A DNA stretch of 58,045 nucleotides from Candidatus Krumholzibacteriia bacterium (GTDB taxonomy: Bacteria > Krumholzibacteriota > Krumholzibacteriia > LZORAL124-64-63), in the NCBI GenBank assembly GCA_046484865.1, contig JAWOID010000132.1:1-58045 (forward strand), in the 5' to 3' direction. The notes beneath the pieces are model-generated. The model was not told the DNA's origin. It did not search any database and was given only the letters and a program-made list of their open reading frames with translations. Numbering within the stretch: the stretch's first letter is position 1; each line of letters begins with the position of its first letter. A program made the translations under genes and the position numbers. Below are positions 18,699-29,622 of this stretch, piece by piece.

Positions 18699-20279
18699 CT
18701 ACTTCAGTTGACTGACGCTCTTGTCGTCCGGGTCCGGGTCGCCGGTGAAGGCGTTCACGCTCTGGACGGCGATCTGCGCGTTGTCGTACGTGAAGTTGAA
18801 CACGTGCCACCACTCGAGGTCGTGCGAACCGGTGGCGCTGCTCACGTTGAACACGCGGGTCTGGCCGCCGAGTTCCAGGGTGACCTGCGCCCCCGACTGC
18901 ACGAGCGGGTGCGAGGTGTTGCCGCTGTAGTTGTGCACGTAGTAGCTGTAGGTGCCGTTGTAGAACTGGAAGCCCGAGATGATCTCCGGCCCGAACGAGC
19001 TGGTGTCGTCGGTGTCCAGGGCCGTGTACGGATCCTCGGTGAGCGTGCCCTCGCGATAGTAGGCGAGGTGATACCGCTCCAGTTCGGTGGTCCAGGTCGC
19101 CGGGATGAAGAGGTGCGAGTCGAGATCGCTCGGCGCCTCGCCCCAGGTGAGAGCGATCGAGAACGCCGGCTCCAGCAGCTCGAGGTCCTCGGTCAGCGTG
19201 TACGGGCACTGGGTCAGCGTCACGTCTACGGGGTCGCTGCTGTAGCTACCCTTGATGGCGCGCACGCGGAACGTCGCGCTCACGATGCCGCGCACCGAGA
19301 AGTGGCCCTCGGCGTCGGTGTAGTCGTCGTCGAGGATGGCCGTATTCAGCCCTTCCGCGATGACCCGGGCGTTCTCCACCGGCAGTCCGGCGAGATCCCT
19401 CACCGTACCCTCGATCATGCAGACGTCCTCGAGCGGCAGGTCCCAGTTCCAGGTGGTGAAATGACTGACGTCGGCCACGTAGCGGTCGCCCACCAGCGTG
19501 GCCTCACCGTCCTCGATCCACATCCCGGCCGCCGGATCGTAGTACCACATCGGCATGGTGCTCGGCAGCTGCTTGGTCGTGAACTCGGTGGCGGGGGCTC
19601 TCAACTGCAGCTCGGCCGTCACGCCGTCGGCCAGGCGCACCGGCACGGCCTTGCTGTTGTCCATGAGCTCCACGTCCATGAAGCCGAAGCTGACGAACGG
19701 TACCACCGTTTCGTCCTCGCGCAGACCCTCGAACCGGCCCGGGAAGACGCCGAAGTAGCCCGGCTCGGTCGGCAACATGGCCAGGAACTCGACGTTCACG
19801 TCGCCCGTGTACGGCGTTCCGTCCGCGAGCTCGAAGGCATTGGCGGGGAAGGTCACCCGCCCTTCGCCGTCGGCGGTGACGGCGGTGCCGCCGCCGGCGG
19901 CGTCGATCACGGCGGTCTCGAACGGGACCAGCACCACCCCGGGCAGGTGGGTGGTCTGGTTCGAGATGATCCTGACGTTCTGATGGGTGGTCATGTGGTC
20001 GGCGAGCGTGAAGGTGGCCACGGTTTCGCGGGCCTCGAGGCCGGACATGCGGAAGACGCCGTCCTCGTTGGTCTGCACGCCGTTGGCACCGGGGGTGGTG
20101 GCGGTCACGCCTACGAGGGGCGCACCGGAGGCGGTCGTGACCACGCCGGAGAGCGTACCACCGGTGATGACGCCGGGATCGGGGTCGGTGGTCCCGTCGT
20201 CGTCGTCACTGCAGCCGACCACACCCAGCAGCGGCAGGCAGAGCAGCAACGTCAAGAGCCAGAGTTTGCGTTTCATCAA
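18699..20279 (-). CDS. Lipoprotein with carboxypeptidase-regulatory-like Ig domains and a YfaP/DUF2135-like C-terminal domain
   Basis: Lipobox VVGC followed by SDDDD, SHFTTWNWD, LTW..DLDSH and LDTDDTSSFGPE. Confidence 0.75.
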   Translation of the reverse strand: MMKRKLWLLTLLLCLPLLGVVGCSDDDDGTTDPDPGVITGGTLSGVVTTASGAPLVGVTATTPGANGVQTNEDGVFRMSGLEARETVATFTLADHMTTHQNVRIISNQTTHLPGVVLVPFETAVIDAAGGGTAVTADGEGRVTFPANAFELADGTPYTGDVNVEFLAMLPTEPGYFGVFPGRFEGLREDETVVPFVSFGFMDVELMDNSKAVPVRLADGVTAELQLRAPATEFTTKQLPSTMPMWYYDPAAGMWIEDGEATLVGDRYVADVSHFTTWNWDLPLEDVCMIEGTVRDLAGLPVENARVIAEGLNTAILDDDYTDAEGHFSVRGIVSATFRVRAIKGSYSSDPVDVTLTQCPYTLTEDLELLEPAFSIALTWGEAPSDLDSHLFIPATWTTELERYHLAYYREGTLTEDPYTALDTDDTSSFGPEIISGFQFYNGTYSYYVHNYSGNTSHPLVQSGAQVTLELGGQTRVFNVSSATGSHDLEWWHVFNFTYDNAQIAVQSVNAFTGDPDPDDKSVSQLK

Positions 20280-20472
20280 ATCCCTCCCTGGAAGAGCCGC
20301 GGGACGCTGTCCCGCAGGTTCGTTCGTGACGGGCTGGACGAACTCCGGCCCGCACCGTACGGCATCATGCCTGCGTCGATTCTGTACGGTTCCGGTCGAT
20401 CGTTCAAGTCCCAGAAGTTCGAATGCTGCGACCGTCTGGCCGCCGGCGGTCGTGGCACGTCTGGATGGCCTC

Positions 20473-21345
20473 CTATCGCTTCTCGAAGCCTTCGATCCTC
20501 AGCTTGCGCCCATCGGTGCCGGCCAGCCGTTGTCCCTCGGCGGGGAGCCGATCCAGGCGCGGGGCATCTTGCGGAGCGCTCAGGAATCGCCCGTGGAACG
20601 CGTCCAGCCGGCCCCCGGCCGTGGCAATCACGAGGTCGGCCACGTGGTCCGGTGTGGTGTCGCGGCCGGTCTCCAGGCGCTCGGCCATGGGCTTCATCCA
20701 GCGGCGGCCGCGCTCGGAGGCGGCGAACTGCTCGGTCATGCCTGTGCGGATGAAGCCGGGGGTGACCGCCAGTACCCGCACGGGCGAGGCGGCTGCGTCC
20801 AGTTCGACGGCCAGGTTCTCGACCAGGCGCATGACGCCGGCCTTGCCGGCGGCGTAGGCCGAGACGTGAGGGAACGGCGCGTGCACTCCGCCGCCCACGA
20901 GGGCGATCACCCGACCGCGGCCCGCCGCCACCATGTGCGGCACCACCGCCCGGCAGGTGCAGTACACGCCGAAGACGTTCACCAGCAGATCGTCGCGCCA
21001 CTCGTCGGGGTCGGTCTCCCAGAGGGGCCCGATGCTGGACAGGATCCCCGCGGCGGCCACCGCCAGGTGGATATCGCCCCACGTCTGCTTCAAACGCGCC
21101 ACCGACTCGGCCATACGCGCGGGTTCCGTGACGTCGGCCGGCAGCACGAGCGCCTCGCCGCCGGCGGCCCGGAGGCCCTCGGCGGTCTCCTCGAGCTGAT
21201 CGCGGCTGCGCGCCAGCAGCGCCGTCCGCATGCCGGCGGCGGCGCAACGCTCGGCAATGGCGCGGCCGATGCCGCGGCCCGCGCCCGTGACGAGTGCGAC
21301 CTGGCCCTCCAGACGATCGCGCGGCAGCTTGGTTTCGCTCTCCAT
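20473..21345 (-). CDS. Short-chain dehydrogenase/reductase
   Basis: TGAGRGIG and YAAGK catalytic motif. Confidence 0.9.
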   Translation of the reverse strand: MESETKLPRDRLEGQVALVTGAGRGIGRAIAERCAAAGMRTALLARSRDQLEETAEGLRAAGGEALVLPADVTEPARMAESVARLKQTWGDIHLAVAAAGILSSIGPLWETDPDEWRDDLLVNVFGVYCTCRAVVPHMVAAGRGRVIALVGGGVHAPFPHVSAYAAGKAGVMRLVENLAVELDAAASPVRVLAVTPGFIRTGMTEQFAASERGRRWMKPMAERLETGRDTTPDHVADLVIATAGGRLDAFHGRFLSAPQDAPRLDRLPAEGQRLAGTDGRKLRIEGFEKR

Positions 21346-21481
21346 TCCGGCCTCCTGCGGGGTGTGCGGCGCGGGTGCGGTCCTCGCCGCGCACTTCCTT
21401 CATGGTATCTCCGCGCACTGTCGGCCGCGAGGTGCGGGAGGCGGCCGCCGCTGCTTGCTTGGTGACAGGAGGTCGCAAAAC

Positions 21482-22399
21482 ATGGCCACCACCCGTCGCA
21501 CGTTCCTGAGGCTGGCCGGCGCCGGCGTCGCCGCCGTGCTCGTCGGTCCGGGCGCAGGAGCGGGAGAGGACTCCAGCATGAGGAAGCGGCCGATCCCCGG
21601 CACCGGCGAGGAGATTCCGGTCATCGGCATGGGCACCTGGCAGACGTTCGACGTGGGTCGTCGCGAGGCTGAGCGACGCCCCCTGCGGGCGGTGCTCGAG
21701 GCGTTCTTCTCCGCGGGCGGCCGGGTGATCGATTCGTCGCCCATGTACGGGCGCGCCGAGGAGGTGGTGGGCGACCTGCTCGCGGAGAGCGGGTTCGCCG
21801 ACCGCGCCTTCCTGGCCACCAAGGTGTGGACGGAGGGACGTCAGGCGGGCATCCGGCAGATGGAACAGTCGCTCGCACGGCTACGCACCGAGCGTCTCGA
21901 CCTGATGCAGGTGCACAACCTCGTGGACTGGCGCACCCACCTGCGAACCTTGCAGGGCTGGAAGGAGGAGGGGCGGGTGCGCTACATCGGCGTGACCCAC
22001 TACCGTCACGACGCGTTCGACGCGCTCGAGCAGATCGTCCGCGAGGAGCGGGTGGACTTCGTGCAGTTGCCCTACTCGCTGGCTGACCGCAAGGCCGAGG
22101 AGCGCCTGCTGCCCGCCGCCGCCGACAGCGGAGTGGCCGTCCTGGTGATGCGCCCGTTCCGCGAGGGCGACCTCTTCCGACGGGTGCGCGGGCGGCCGCT
22201 GCCCGGATGGGCCGACGAGATCGACTGCGAGACCTGGTCCGAGCTGTTCCTGAAGTTCATCCTGGGCCACCCGGCGGTCACCTGCCCGATCCCCGCCACG
22301 GGCAATCCGGATCACATGCGCGAGAACATGGCAGCCGGGCACGGACGTCTGCCCGACGCCGCCCTGCGCGAGAAGATGGTGGCCGCGCTGGACGTGTGA
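21482..22399 (+). CDS. Aldo/keto reductase with a twin-arginine-like leader
   Basis: TRRTFL leader, IGMGTW, DSSPMYG, ATKV and QVHNL. Confidence 0.9.
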   Translation: MATTRRTFLRLAGAGVAAVLVGPGAGAGEDSSMRKRPIPGTGEEIPVIGMGTWQTFDVGRREAERRPLRAVLEAFFSAGGRVIDSSPMYGRAEEVVGDLLAESGFADRAFLATKVWTEGRQAGIRQMEQSLARLRTERLDLMQVHNLVDWRTHLRTLQGWKEEGRVRYIGVTHYRHDAFDALEQIVREERVDFVQLPYSLADRKAEERLLPAAADSGVAVLVMRPFREGDLFRRVRGRPLPGWADEIDCETWSELFLKFILGHPAVTCPIPATGNPDHMRENMAAGHGRLPDAALREKMVAALDV

Positions 22400-22429
22400 C
22401 CACCGCGGCTGGCGTGACCGCGCAGGCCG

Positions 22430-23875
22430 TCAATCGCTGTCCGGCGTCGCGCGGTCCCCGCAAGCGGCGCCGTAGCGGTCGGCGGTCAGCGCGGCCATCA
22501 GATCCGTCAGCTGCGCGAACTGTTCGGTCCGCCGCAAGGCCACCTTCATCTCGGCGACGCGCGCCGAACTGCACACTCCGGCGGCCAGCGCGTCGAACTT
22601 CTCGTCCAGCTCCTGGTCGGTCATCGGGTTGCGGGGATCGCCCTTCGGATAGTCGAGTTGCAACGTCAGCTCGCGGCCGGCGCCCGTCACGACGGTGACG
22701 TGCACACGCTGCAGCTCGGGGAAGAGGGCCTCGATCTCCTTGTCGGCGATCACCTTGACCTTGGGCAGCTGGGACCGCACCAGCGGGTCCATGATGCGCT
22801 CCCGGGTGAACTGCTCGGGCGTCACCTTGCGGTCGACGATCGCCGCGGCCACGCAGTACGGCAGCGAGTGGTCCGCGGTCTCCCGGGTGAGCGGATCGTA
22901 CTTGGACGGATCGGCCAGGATGTCGGCGGCCCGCGCCAGCGAACGGATGCGCACCTCCTGGATGTCGCCGGGCGCGAGGTCGTGCTCGCGCACGAGGTCC
23001 AGCACTGCCGAGATGGGTGCGTGCGTGAGCGCCTCGGTGGGGAACGACTTCATGCCGCACTGCAGGATGCGCCACGATTCGCCCAGCCCGTCGGTGAGGA
23101 CGTCGAACCGCCAGTGCGTGGGGAAGACGTGGCTGAACCCCTCCTTGCCGTCGAGGACGTGCTCGGGCCCGGTGTAGCCCTTCTCGGCGAGCAGAGCCGC
23201 CATCACGCCGCTCTGCACCGCCAGCGGATCGACGGTGTTCTTCATCATCGTCAGCTTGCCGGCTGTCACCGATCCGGGCGTGCAGTGACGCGAGGCGCTG
23301 ATGCCGATCGCGTTCTGGATCTGCTCCGCGGAGAGGTCGAGCATGCGGCCGGCGACGATCGGCGCGGCCACCGCCGTCAACGTGGCGTGATGCCAGCCCA
23401 CCTCGCGGATCCCCGGAAACGCCGCCTCGCAAAGGCGCTGCTCGAACTCGTGGCCGAGCACGATGCCCACGATGAGGTCGCGCCCCGAGCCGGCATTGCG
23501 CTCGGTGCAGGCCATGGCGGCCGGAATGAGGTCGCTGGGATGGGAGGGATCCTGCTTCCAGTAGATGTCGTTGTAGTCCAGCGCCCGGATCATCAGCGAG
23601 TTGGCGAGCGTCGCCGAGAGCGGGTCCGTGCGCAGGCCGGTGCCCAGGACCGTGGCCGAGCCGCGGCCGGCGATCTCGTCGAGCACTTCGAGCATGATCT
23701 GCACGTCGCGCTGGACGAGACCGCCCAGGGCACACGCCACGGAGTCGAGGAGGAAGCGCTTGGCCTCCGTCACCACCTCGGGCGGCAGGTCCTCGTAGCG
23801 CAGGAGGGCGGCCCAGTCCGCCATGGTGCGCGTGACATGGACGGCGGTTGCCGGGGCCGGGCGCGGGTCGGCCAT
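22430..23875 (-). CDS. prpD: MmgE/PrpD family dehydratase
   Basis: Motifs RALDYND, SHPSD, GWHH, RETADHSLPY and YPKGDPRNP. Confidence 0.88.
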   Translation of the reverse strand: MADPRPAPATAVHVTRTMADWAALLRYEDLPPEVVTEAKRFLLDSVACALGGLVQRDVQIMLEVLDEIAGRGSATVLGTGLRTDPLSATLANSLMIRALDYNDIYWKQDPSHPSDLIPAAMACTERNAGSGRDLIVGIVLGHEFEQRLCEAAFPGIREVGWHHATLTAVAAPIVAGRMLDLSAEQIQNAIGISASRHCTPGSVTAGKLTMMKNTVDPLAVQSGVMAALLAEKGYTGPEHVLDGKEGFSHVFPTHWRFDVLTDGLGESWRILQCGMKSFPTEALTHAPISAVLDLVREHDLAPGDIQEVRIRSLARAADILADPSKYDPLTRETADHSLPYCVAAAIVDRKVTPEQFTRERIMDPLVRSQLPKVKVIADKEIEALFPELQRVHVTVVTGAGRELTLQLDYPKGDPRNPMTDQELDEKFDALAAGVCSSARVAEMKVALRRTEQFAQLTDLMAALTADRYGAACGDRATPDSD

Positions 23876-23878
23876 GCT

Positions 23879-24364
23879 TCACTCTCCTTTCGGGCGCCGG
23901 GGGCTGGCCACGGGCGTCCGTTTGGGGCCGGGGTAATCGTCGGCGATGTACTCCTCGAGGTAGCGGATGTGCACCTCCTGGTCGCGACTCACCTGCTTGA
24001 CGACGTCGCCGATGGAGACGATGCCCTGCAACTGCGTGCCGTCGATGATGGGCAGGTGACGGATCCGCCGATCGGTCATGATCGCCATGACCTCCTCGCA
24101 CGAGGTGTCGGGGGTGGCATAGATGACCTTGCGCGTCATGATCTCGCGCACCGGCGTGTCGCGGGCGGTGCGGCCCTGGACGGTGACGAACCGCAGGTAG
24201 TCGCGCTCGGTCATGATCCCGTAGATGTTGCCGTCCTTTATGACGAGCATGGCACCCACGTTCTTGCGCACCATGTTCGTGACGGCGTCGAACACCGTGT
24301 CGTCGGGCAGGACGGAAAAAACGGGACGCTCGCCACGCTGGGCGAGCAACTCCTTGATCATCAT
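23879..24364 (-). CDS. CBS domain protein
   Basis: Motifs GIMTERDY, RIRHLPI and GIVSIGDVVK. Confidence 0.9.
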   Translation of the reverse strand: MMIKELLAQRGERPVFSVLPDDTVFDAVTNMVRKNVGAMLVIKDGNIYGIMTERDYLRFVTVQGRTARDTPVREIMTRKVIYATPDTSCEEVMAIMTDRRIRHLPIIDGTQLQGIVSIGDVVKQVSRDQEVHIRYLEEYIADDYPGPKRTPVASPRRPKGE

Positions 24365-25725
24365 GTCGTGCCTCCCCTGGCAGCCAGGTCGGTTCGGAGT
24401 CTCTGCGGGCGGACGAGTCGGAAGGTCCAGAGCGCCAGCGCCACCGACCAGGCCAGCAGGACGGCCCCGGTGGCCTGGTGGGCCGTGGTGAGCAGGACGT
24501 CGGCCAGCGGCGGATCGCCGGGCACACGTTCGAAACCGGTGGCCACCAGCGCGGCCAGCCCCAGGACGAGTTGCAGGCCGAGCACGGTGATGAGTCCCGT
24601 GGCCAGGCGGCCCAGCGGCGGCCGATCGCCATGACGGGCCCAGATCCGCACTCCCAGCAGGACACCGGCCACGATCACCACGACGGCCATGGTGATGTGC
24701 ACCAGCAGGCCGTTCGCCGTGTGGCGCAGAACGGCGCCCAGCACGAGTTGCACGACCAGCAGCAGCGGCAGCGCCAGGGCGAGCGCGAGGTCGGCGGCGC
24801 CGGCGGGAATTGGTTGTGGCGCCGCCGCCCGCCAGCGGGGCGTGGTCACCACCGCCACCACCACCATCGTGCCGAAGAAGATCTGACCCAGCACGCCATG
24901 GAGGACGGCGAGCAGCAGGTTCGGTCGGGTGATCCCGGGGTCGTCGCTGAGGGTGAAGTGTCCGGTCACGCGCAGCCCGCCGAGAATCCCCTGCGTGATC
25001 ACCAGCACCAGCGCGAGGACGCCGAGGCCACGCACCCAGCGTCGCTCGTCCACGCGCGGCAGGTGCAGCGCCAGCACCAGCGTGGTCAGACCCACCAGGG
25101 ACCCGAGCAGGCGGTGGACGTGCTCGTAGTAGATGCCGCCGGTCATGCGGGCCAGCGGGTAGAGGAACATGTTGTAGCCGTAAGAATTGGGCCAGTCGAC
25201 GACGGCCAGGCCAGCCTCCTTGCTGGTGACCACGCCGCCTGCGATCAGCAGCAGGAACGTGGCGCCGGCGGCCACCCAGGCGAATGCCGCAGGACCCCGG
25301 CTCGCCAGGTAGGTCCTCTCGAGGCGGTCGCGTTGCGACATCTCGCCCACCAGGCCTCCCGCCGCGCCGATCGCCGCACTCAGCAGCAGCGAGCCCGGCA
25401 CCCACCAGAGCGCGCCCGGCACCACCCGGCCCGGCGCGTCGCCGCCGAGCAGGCTGCCGAGGATCAGCAGGTTCAGCAACCCCGCGATCGACCCGGTGCC
25501 GAGTCCGCCGCGCCACCCGCGCGGTGTCAGCCGGCCGGCGACCACGCCGCCGCCCAGGAGGCAGACGAGCAGCAGTGTGAACACGAGCCAGCTCGGCGCT
25601 GCCACGCCCGGCAGGCGCAGGACGTAGCCCACCGCCCACATGGCCACCGCGGTGCCGAAGCCGGTGGCGAGCAGGTCACTGCCCTTGCCGGGGCGGGGGG
25701 GGAACAGATCGCTGGCCATGCTCAT
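24361..25725 (-). CDS. ctaA: Heme A synthase (COX15/CtaA) with an N-terminal membrane extension
   Basis: GGVVTSKEAGLAVVDWP, YEHVHR, and conserved His in LHG, LVH and TAHQ. Confidence 0.85.
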   Translation of the reverse strand: MSMASDLFPPRPGKGSDLLATGFGTAVAMWAVGYVLRLPGVAAPSWLVFTLLLVCLLGGGVVAGRLTPRGWRGGLGTGSIAGLLNLLILGSLLGGDAPGRVVPGALWWVPGSLLLSAAIGAAGGLVGEMSQRDRLERTYLASRGPAAFAWVAAGATFLLLIAGGVVTSKEAGLAVVDWPNSYGYNMFLYPLARMTGGIYYEHVHRLLGSLVGLTTLVLALHLPRVDERRWVRGLGVLALVLVITQGILGGLRVTGHFTLSDDPGITRPNLLLAVLHGVLGQIFFGTMVVVAVVTTPRWRAAAPQPIPAGAADLALALALPLLLVVQLVLGAVLRHTANGLLVHITMAVVVIVAGVLLGVRIWARHGDRPPLGRLATGLITVLGLQLVLGLAALVATGFERVPGDPPLADVLLTTAHQATGAVLLAWSVALALWTFRLVRPQRLRTDLAARGGTT

Positions 25726-26028
25726 CACGAATCCGCCGCCTCGTGTTGCTCGCCGCCGGCCGACCCCCGAAGTACGGCTCCCGGAAATCCGGCGCAAGAT
25801 CGCCTGCGAATCGCGTCCATGCGTATTATCATACAACAACGGTCTGGTTTTCCGCATGCATTTTCAACGGGTGCCGACACGCACCCGGCCGAAGATCGCA
25901 GCGGCGGATGACCGGGAAGAAATATAGAGATACAGGTGGAGACCCCGCCACAGGCGGCCCGCCCGCCCAGGCGTGGCGGGCGGGGATCATCGGGCGGCGA
26001 GACGGCCGGAAGGTGAGCGAAACCAGCC

Positions 26029-27030
26029 ATGGAGACGATCCGCGACTATCTCGAACTCTCCAAGGCGCGGTTGTGCGCCATGGTGCTGGTGACCACGCTG
26101 GTGGGTTACGTGCTGGCGGTGCCGCAGCCGGATCTCGGCCGGCGCTTCCTGGCGACGCTGCTCGGCACCTACCTGTCGGCCCTCGGCGCCAACGCGCTCA
26201 ACCAGGTGCTGGAGCGCGACGCCGACGCGCGCATGGTGCGGACGCAGAACCGGCCCCTGCCGGCCGGACGCATCGGTCTGCGCGCCGCCCTGGCGTGGGG
26301 TGTGGGAGCGGCCGCCGGGGGCAGCGGGTTGCTGCTGGTCGCCGCCGGACCGTTGCCGGCGGTGCTCGCGGTGGCGACGGTGCTGCTCTACGTGGGCGTC
26401 TACACGCCCATGAAGCGGGTGAGCAGCCTCAACACGCTTGCGGGGGCGGTGTGCGGTGCCATTCCGCCTCTCATCGGCTGGTCGGCTGCGGCGGGCGGTC
26501 TGAGCCAGGACGCCTGGCTGCTGTTCGCCGTGCTGTTCCTCTGGCAGATGCCTCACTTCCTCGCCCTGGCCTGGCTTTATCGCGACGACTACGCCCGCGG
26601 CGGATTCGTCATGCTTCCGGTCGTCGATCCCGGCGGCCGGCTCACCTTCCAGGTGACGCTCCTGTTCGCGTTGCTGCTGCTGCCCCTCGGCCTGACGATC
26701 GTGCTGGCGGGCATCGCGGGGCTATGGTTCGCCCTCGGCGCCACGCTGCTCGGCCTGATCTGGAGCGGCGCCTGCCTGCGCCTGCTGCGCACCGGCGCCC
26801 ATCCGGACGCACGCCGGGTCTTCCTGGGCAGCCTGGCCTACCTGCCGCTCGCCCTGGGGTTGATGGTGGCCGACCGCGGGCCCGTCACGGCGCCGGCCGG
26901 CTCGCCGCGTTCCGCCACGGTGCGGCTGGCGCGGCAGCTCGGGGCTGCCGAAGCCGTGCGCAGTGCACGACCGCCGGTCACGGATCGAGCCTCCGGGAGC
27001 GAACCCAAGCTGCAGCGAGCGGGCCGGTGA
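26029..27030 (+). CDS. ctaB: Protoheme IX farnesyltransferase (heme O synthase)
   Basis: Motifs ERDADARMVRTQNRPLP, YTPMKR, GAIPPLIGW, WQMPHF and DDYARGG. Confidence 0.93.
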   Translation: METIRDYLELSKARLCAMVLVTTLVGYVLAVPQPDLGRRFLATLLGTYLSALGANALNQVLERDADARMVRTQNRPLPAGRIGLRAALAWGVGAAAGGSGLLLVAAGPLPAVLAVATVLLYVGVYTPMKRVSSLNTLAGAVCGAIPPLIGWSAAAGGLSQDAWLLFAVLFLWQMPHFLALAWLYRDDYARGGFVMLPVVDPGGRLTFQVTLLFALLLLPLGLTIVLAGIAGLWFALGATLLGLIWSGACLRLLRTGAHPDARRVFLGSLAYLPLALGLMVADRGPVTAPAGSPRSATVRLARQLGAAEAVRSARPPVTDRASGSEPKLQRAGR

Positions 27031-28163
27031 ACGCCAGGCAGCGGCAGCCGTCGCCGCCGGCCGGCGGCCGGCGACGGGGTCTGGGCGGCGCGCGGTGGGT
27101 GATCTTGCTCGCGATCGCCGTCTTCATCGTGGTGGCGTACATGCAGCTGCGCGAGGTGCTGACCGGCGATCGACTGCGCCGCATGGGCGACGGCACCGAC
27201 CCCGAGTCATACGGATTCACCCTGTCGCCGCTGCTGGTGAAACGCGCCACGCTCGTGGCGTCCGGCATGCCGAAGGATACGCTGCAGGCGCTCGACCATC
27301 CGCCGCTGATGCGTCCAGCGATCGTCGACTCGCTGAATCGTGCCGAGCGCGGCAAGTACCTGGTGCCCGAGGATCTGGTGATCGGAGTGGCGGCGGGCGG
27401 CGTCGCGCGCGCGTATCCACTCCGCGTGCTGAACTGGCACGAGGTGGCCAACGACACCCTGGGCGGCATCCCCGTGGCGGTGACCTGGCACCCGCTGAGC
27501 GGGGCGGCGGTGGTCGTGGACCGCCGCGTGGACGGTGACACGCTCGTCTTCGGGCAGAGCGGACTGCTCGCCGACTCGAACCTTTTGCTCTACGACCGGC
27601 GGGAGGATCCGGCGAACGAGAGCCTCTGGTCGCAGCTCCAGGCACGGGCGGTCGCGGGTCCGGCGGCGGCTCGCGGCGACAGCCTGGCGGTGCTGCCGCA
27701 CCGCCTCGAGCCATGGCGCGCATGGCGCGCCGCGCATCCGCACACGACAGTACCCTTCCCCGCCGAGCGCATGCGCCAGACCTACAAGCGGGAGCCCTAC
27801 GGCAACTACGAGGGCTCGGACCTGCTGCGCTTCCCCGCCTCGTCCCTGCCTCCCCGCGGAGAGCATCGCAACAAGGACCGCGTGCTGGCCGAGCGCACCG
27901 GCGGCGTCTGGCAGGCGCGATTCCTGGCGGCCGAGGAGACGGAGAGAGTCGGCTCCGGGTCCCTGGAACGTCCCACCATCCACGCCTACTGGTTCGCCTG
28001 GTACGCACTCGTCGACACGGTGCCGCCCCGCGAATCCGGGCAGTCCGGCCGCTCCGCACAGGCCGCACGCTCCGCACAGGCCGCGCAGTCCGCACAGGCC
28101 GCACGGTCCGCGCAGTCCGCGCAGTCCGCACGGTCCGTGCAGTCCGCGCACCCTCGGCCCTGA
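27027..28163 (+). CDS. DUF3179-family membrane-anchored protein
   Basis: Motifs ARAYPLRVLNWHEVAND, FGQSGLL..SNLLLYDR, ESLWSQ and YWFAW. GTG overlaps the ctaB stop. Confidence 0.8.
   Translation: MNARQRQPSPPAGGRRRGLGGARWVILLAIAVFIVVAYMQLREVLTGDRLRRMGDGTDPESYGFTLSPLLVKRATLVASGMPKDTLQALDHPPLMRPAIVDSLNRAERGKYLVPEDLVIGVAAGGVARAYPLRVLNWHEVANDTLGGIPVAVTWHPLSGAAVVVDRRVDGDTLVFGQSGLLADSNLLLYDRREDPANESLWSQLQARAVAGPAAARGDSLAVLPHRLEPWRAWRAAHPHTTVPFPAERMRQTYKREPYGNYEGSDLLRFPASSLPPRGEHRNKDRVLAERTGGVWQARFLAAEETERVGSGSLERPTIHAYWFAWYALVDTVPPRESGQSGRSAQAARSAQAAQSAQAARSAQSAQSARSVQSAHPRP
28041..28148 (+). repeat. Twelve imperfect 9-bp tandem repeats encoding (Q/R)-S/A-A at the DUF3179 C-terminus
   Basis: Units such as cagtccgca, caggccgca and cggtccgcg. 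Confidence 0.85.
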
Positions 28164-28179
28164 TGGCCTGTTGCTGTGG

Positions 28180-29621
<1,442 letters not shown>

Positions 29622-29622
<1 letters not shown>

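Noticed and set aside
28041..28148. Possible CRISPR or mobile repeat
   Set aside because: It is a 9-bp in-frame minisatellite with no spacers and no cas genes.
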